Part shown: positions 60,555-64,000 of the stretch, in pieces
How the letters are laid out: the number at the start of each line of letters is the position of its first letter
Numbering within the stretch: the first letter of the stretch is position 1
Source of the DNA: Patescibacteria group bacterium
GTDB lineage: Bacteria; Patescibacteriota; Patescibacteriia; UBA10025; JAHIVO01
NCBI GenBank assembly: GCA_041650915.1
Contig: JBAZKE010000001.1
Span: 43,694-107,693 of the forward strand
Direction: 5' to 3'
DNA length: 64,000 bases
Program-made: the position numbers and the translations under genes
The notes under the pieces: generated by a model
What the model was told of the DNA's origin: nothing
The model's database searches: none
What the model saw: the letters and a program-made list of their open reading frames with translations, nothing else

Positions 60555-61217
60555 CTACAGCCGCTTGATCGCGCTGAGCTTGATTGCGTTCATCGCCTTT
60601 ACGGTGAGATCTGCCGTTTTTAAATCTTTTGTGGAGGTGTACGGCTGCTTGTATGCGATACATTTCATGCCGGCACGGTGTGCTGCCCGTATTCCGCCGC
60701 CCGAATCCTCGATGACGAGGGTTTCTCGCGGCAGTGAGCCGAGCAGCCGTGCAGCCTTGAGGAACAGGTCCGGCCATGGCTTTCCGCGGCGTACGTCCAT
60801 GCCCGACAGGGCGTACTTGAAGTAGCGGCGCAGCGCATAGCGTTTGAGTATATAGCGTATCACGCGGTTTGGAGATGATGAGGCAAGCGCGAGCGGGTAC
60901 CCTGCCCTCTTGAGCCTCCGTATGAGGTGCAGGGCCCCCGGAATCATTCTGAGCGACTGGTCGAATGCCCTGATTGCTTCGCGGGCACAGTCGTCGATGA
61001 TTTTTTTCCGCGAATCCCGTACCCTGAATTCAGCTTGAATGCGTTTCGCGATCGAAGGCCAGTTGGTTCCCCGTATGGAGGCATTGAAATTTCTGACCGC
61101 CGACTGGTCGTACCGGTTTCCGCACTGCTTCCGGAAGTAGCTTTCAAAGACAGCCGTCCACCGCGGTTCGGAGTCGATGATCACCCCGTCCATATCGAAT
61201 ATGACTGCCCGTATCAT
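60555..61217 (-). CDS. HAD-superfamily hydrolase (subfamily IA, phosphatase/beta-phosphoglucomutase-like)
   Basis: 220 aa. Motif I DMDGVIIDSE at the N-terminus and HAD motifs II/III (ASSS, ...EDSGGG...). Translationally coupled to the upstream mutase gene by a 4-nt overlap. Confidence 0.85.
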   Translation of the reverse strand: MIRAVIFDMDGVIIDSEPRWTAVFESYFRKQCGNRYDQSAVRNFNASIRGTNWPSIAKRIQAEFRVRDSRKKIIDDCAREAIRAFDQSLRMIPGALHLIRRLKRAGYPLALASSSPNRVIRYILKRYALRRYFKYALSGMDVRRGKPWPDLFLKAARLLGSLPRETLVIEDSGGGIRAAHRAGMKCIAYKQPYTSTKDLKTADLTVKAMNAIKLSAIKRL

Positions 61218-62560
61218 TCCGCGATGCTCTCAATGAACCCCACAACTTCTTTCTGGCGCGCTTTTAGAATGTCCTGCGTATCCCCCTCAACCGTGATGCG
61301 GAGGAGCGGCTCGGTATTCGACGGCCGTACGTTGACCCACCAATCTTTGTACTGGATCGTGACGCCGTCGAGCTCATCTTGCTCGCCGTCCGCGAATTTT
61401 TCCTTGACCTTCCTGATGACCTCTTCGATGTTCTTGACCGTGATGTTGACTTCATCTGCCTTGCTGTAGGGCTTGAGGGGTTCGATAATTTCCGAGAGCG
61501 GCTTGCCGTGCTCTGAGATGAGCATGAGCAGGGTAACGAATGAGATGAAGCCCGAATCAGCGTTGAAATTGTCCCGGTAGCAATAGTGCGCGGATACTTC
61601 CCCGCCCATGACGGCATTTTCTTTTTTCATTCCCTCCGATACGTTCACGAAGCCAACTTTAGTACGGACCGGCTTGCCGCCCCACTCCGCTATCTTGGCG
61701 GGGACTGCTCTGCTGCAGACTGCATTGTAGGCGATCGCAGCGCCCGGCTCCCTTTCCATAAAATACTTCGCGAGCACGAGGAGTGTCGTGTCAGCCGGCA
61801 CAAATTCAGCTTTTTCCGTTACGAAAAACAGGCGGTCGGTATCGCCGTCCATGATAACGCCGAAGTCGGCCTTTTCCTCCAGTATTTTTTTCTTGATCTG
61901 GGCTTGTGATTCCGGCAGCAGGGGATTCGAGGGGTGCGCGGGGAAGTTCCCGTCGAGTTCAAAGTTAAGCGGAACGAGCTTGCAGGGGAGTTTTTTGAAG
62001 AGCAGCGGCATTACCTTGCCAGCCATGCCATTGCCGGCATCCACGACGATTTTGAACGGCTTTATTTTGCCCACGTCGGCGAATGAGAGCACGTGCTCGA
62101 TGAATTCAGGCATGACGTCACGCTCGGTTACCGTGCCGCGTTTTTTTGCTGTAGTAAACTTTTTATCCTTCAGAAAATCGTACAGCTGCTTGCCGCGGAC
62201 CATGGCGATGCCGTTGTCGAGCACGGTCATCTTGAGGCCGTTGTATTCCTTGGGGTTGTGCGAGGCGGTGATCATGGTGCCGCCGTCGTAGCCGTACCTG
62301 CCGGTTGCGAAGTAGACTGTATCAATCGATACCATGCCAAGATCGTCGACATCTGCTCCCTGGCTTGTCACGCCAGCGATGAACTTTTCCGCGATCTCCC
62401 GGGAGCCGATGCGCATATCACGCCCGACGACAACCTTCTTCACTCCGGTCAGCTGCGCGTACGCCTGGCCGATGGTGTAGGCCGTCTCCTCATCGAGGTC
62501 GGTAGGGTAGATACCCCTGATATCGTATGATTTGAAAATGTTAGGATTTACTTTTTGCAT
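61214..62560 (-). CDS. phosphomannomutase/phosphoglucomutase family protein
   Basis: 448 aa. Active-site phosphoserine loop TASHNPKEYNGLK, metal-binding DGDTDR, and sugar-binding loops. Exact substrate (Man/Glc/GlcN) not assignable. Confidence 0.9.
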   Translation of the reverse strand: MQKVNPNIFKSYDIRGIYPTDLDEETAYTIGQAYAQLTGVKKVVVGRDMRIGSREIAEKFIAGVTSQGADVDDLGMVSIDTVYFATGRYGYDGGTMITASHNPKEYNGLKMTVLDNGIAMVRGKQLYDFLKDKKFTTAKKRGTVTERDVMPEFIEHVLSFADVGKIKPFKIVVDAGNGMAGKVMPLLFKKLPCKLVPLNFELDGNFPAHPSNPLLPESQAQIKKKILEEKADFGVIMDGDTDRLFFVTEKAEFVPADTTLLVLAKYFMEREPGAAIAYNAVCSRAVPAKIAEWGGKPVRTKVGFVNVSEGMKKENAVMGGEVSAHYCYRDNFNADSGFISFVTLLMLISEHGKPLSEIIEPLKPYSKADEVNITVKNIEEVIRKVKEKFADGEQDELDGVTIQYKDWWVNVRPSNTEPLLRITVEGDTQDILKARQKEVVGFIESIAE

Positions 62561-63785
62561 CGCTCTTGGATTCTTTTTTTCCTGCTATGGCAGTGTGTAT
62601 GAGGCGCCAGACGGTGCCGAGGAACAGCGCAATCACCGCAAGCGAGAAGACCCATCCGGCATACGGAATGCTCATGAGGACGTACAGAATAAAGGTGCCG
62701 AGCATCATGGTCCAGATGATCGCGACTTTCGCCCCGTCCTCCCGGTGTGCGTTGAGCAGCTTTTCGCCGAGCAGCACGCCGGCAAAGACCGTCGACAGGT
62801 AAATGAGGAGCGCGTAGGTGCCCATGAGGATCATGGCGAGCGGTATGCCGATGATCGTCACCGTGATGGCCACCGCGGCTATCGGCGTGCCGATGAGTAT
62901 GAGCAAGCCCCACAGCACTGACGGCGCTGGACGATCCCACAGCGCTCCGGCGACCTCCATTGTCTTCCGTTTCATGAGGCTGACGATGATCGTACCGACG
63001 AGGAGCAGCGAGAAGAGCCCGATCACCTTTCCGAGGAGCCAGGAGATGTGCAGAAACTGCCGTGCGCCGAGAACGTCCTCAAACGGCATAGTGTGAATGG
63101 TATCACCTTTGACGAGGGCGCCCGCTGCGATAGCAGCGTCCGTATCACTGCGGTATGTCAGGTCTCCCCCGATTGTCACTCCCGGCTCGAGGGTGACGCG
63201 CCCGAGTTCGTCGAGGAGTACGGTAACGTTTGAGCCGACGGCGCTTCCGAGCGTCACGTTACCGCCGTAACCATAGATGCTTCCGCCGACGGCACCGTTG
63301 ATTTCAATGGCGCCGGACCAGAAGGCGAGTGTCCAGCCGATCGAGGCGTCCTCGCCCAGTACGGCTGTGCCAGCGAAAATGTTGGCGTTTTTTCCGATCG
63401 AACCGTTGACTTCTACCGTCGAGCCTGCGACGCGTACGTTGCCGGCTACCGCGCCGTTGATCGTGATTTCTTCCGCGGCGGCAATGATATCGCCGTCAAC
63501 GTCTCCGTTGACCGTAAGCTCGTATGCGCCGATAATGAGGTCTCCGGCGATGTCGCCGTCAATCGTAACCTCATCGGCAAACCGTACGAAATTATCGTTG
63601 ATCGTTTGCCCGGCCGGCACCTTAACCGTCTGATAATTTTCGCCCTGGCGCGCAGTATTCCTGAGCGCTTCAATAAATCCGCCGTACCGGTCGTACGCGT
63701 TTGTCTGAGCGAGCACGCTTTGTGGCACAGCAAAGAGCGTCAGTACCAGCAGAACGGGTAATAAAAATAATGATTTTCTTTTCAT
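62541..63785 (-). CDS. secreted beta-helical repeat (bactofilin/DUF4097-like) protein with four C-terminal TM helices and Lys-rich tail
   Basis: 414 aa. Signal peptide MKRKSLFLLPVLLVLTLFAVPQSVLAQT. Repeating G.V.G.I... units (VTIDGDIAGDLIIGAYELTVNGDVDGDIIAAAEEITINGAVAGNVRVAGSTVEVNG...), then four hydrophobic helices. Confidence 0.6.
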   Translation of the reverse strand: MKRKSLFLLPVLLVLTLFAVPQSVLAQTNAYDRYGGFIEALRNTARQGENYQTVKVPAGQTINDNFVRFADEVTIDGDIAGDLIIGAYELTVNGDVDGDIIAAAEEITINGAVAGNVRVAGSTVEVNGSIGKNANIFAGTAVLGEDASIGWTLAFWSGAIEINGAVGGSIYGYGGNVTLGSAVGSNVTVLLDELGRVTLEPGVTIGGDLTYRSDTDAAIAAGALVKGDTIHTMPFEDVLGARQFLHISWLLGKVIGLFSLLLVGTIIVSLMKRKTMEVAGALWDRPAPSVLWGLLILIGTPIAAVAITVTIIGIPLAMILMGTYALLIYLSTVFAGVLLGEKLLNAHREDGAKVAIIWTMMLGTFILYVLMSIPYAGWVFSLAVIALFLGTVWRLIHTAIAGKKESKSDAKSKS

Positions 63786-64000
63786 GTGAGCTGCTTAGTG
63801 GGTAAATTGCAGTGGTGTTACCCTACCATTTTTCCGTACTTTTTTCAAGGTTTTTTCGCAATGGTTACGATATTATATCCGGTATACCACGATACCGCTG
63901 CGCCCCGTTTCGTGTACCATGACCGTACCGAATCGAAGCCGCTGCGCCGGAGCAGGCGCGTGAGCTCACCCCTCGTGAAGGGATGCAGGTAGCGTTGTCC

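Noticed and set aside
63786-63992. 68-aa + ORF at the window edge and possible partial minus-strand gene at 63.85-64.0 kb
   Set aside because: No start/stop context or domain recognisable within the window. Insufficient evidence.

Overview
GC-rich bacterial chromosomal segment. Coordinates 1-21 kb (mainly + strand) hold housekeeping genes: a SAM-I riboswitch-controlled metK, cutA, a MurE-type Mur ligase, a membrane-fused spermidine-synthase-like protein, rpoB-rpoC (not in the usual ribosomal-protein context), ftsK, a RodZ-like HTH membrane protein, recA and plsX. Coordinates 58-64 kb (- strand) hold murI, gpmI (iPGM), a HAD hydrolase, a phosphohexomutase and a secreted beta-helix membrane protein. 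The central 37 kb (21.2-58.2 kb, + strand) is a cell-surface locus. It is led by one uninterrupted 29.1-kb ORF (9,711 aa) with its own extended -10 promoter. That ORF encodes an N-terminally membrane-anchored, Thr/Gly/Asn/Asp-rich fibrous protein with several distinguishable parts: Ig-like domains; three degenerate phage-tail-collar-like HxH repeats; about 8 tandem ~2.3-3.1 kb beta-helix super-repeats, each closed by a conserved VSYV..SNAC..DGTN..GNN.CWDF motif; a triplicated ~150-aa module with a DDD-rich motif; two to three Cys-knot elements; and a ~140-aa C-terminal domain. That C-terminal domain is duplicated, including a 267-nt perfect nucleotide repeat, in the adjacent 345-aa secreted protein. 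Downstream, apparently as one operon, are two paralogous tail-anchored beta-sandwich surface proteins, a secreted dockerin-bearing protein, and two cohesin-bearing membrane proteins; the larger also carries two CarboxypepD_reg-like domains and a Lys-rich tail. The architecture (large and small proteins sharing a C-terminal domain, plus tail-anchored partners) parallels Gram-positive WxL/Csc surface-complex loci, here combined with a cohesin-dockerin pair. I propose it as a candidate novel surface fibre / attachment system. No rRNA, tRNA, CRISPR array, transposase or integrase was seen. The lineage is not determinable from sequence alone; the giant surface protein and atypical rpoBC context fit an uncultivated lineage (e.g. 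CPR/Patescibacteria-like), but this is inference.
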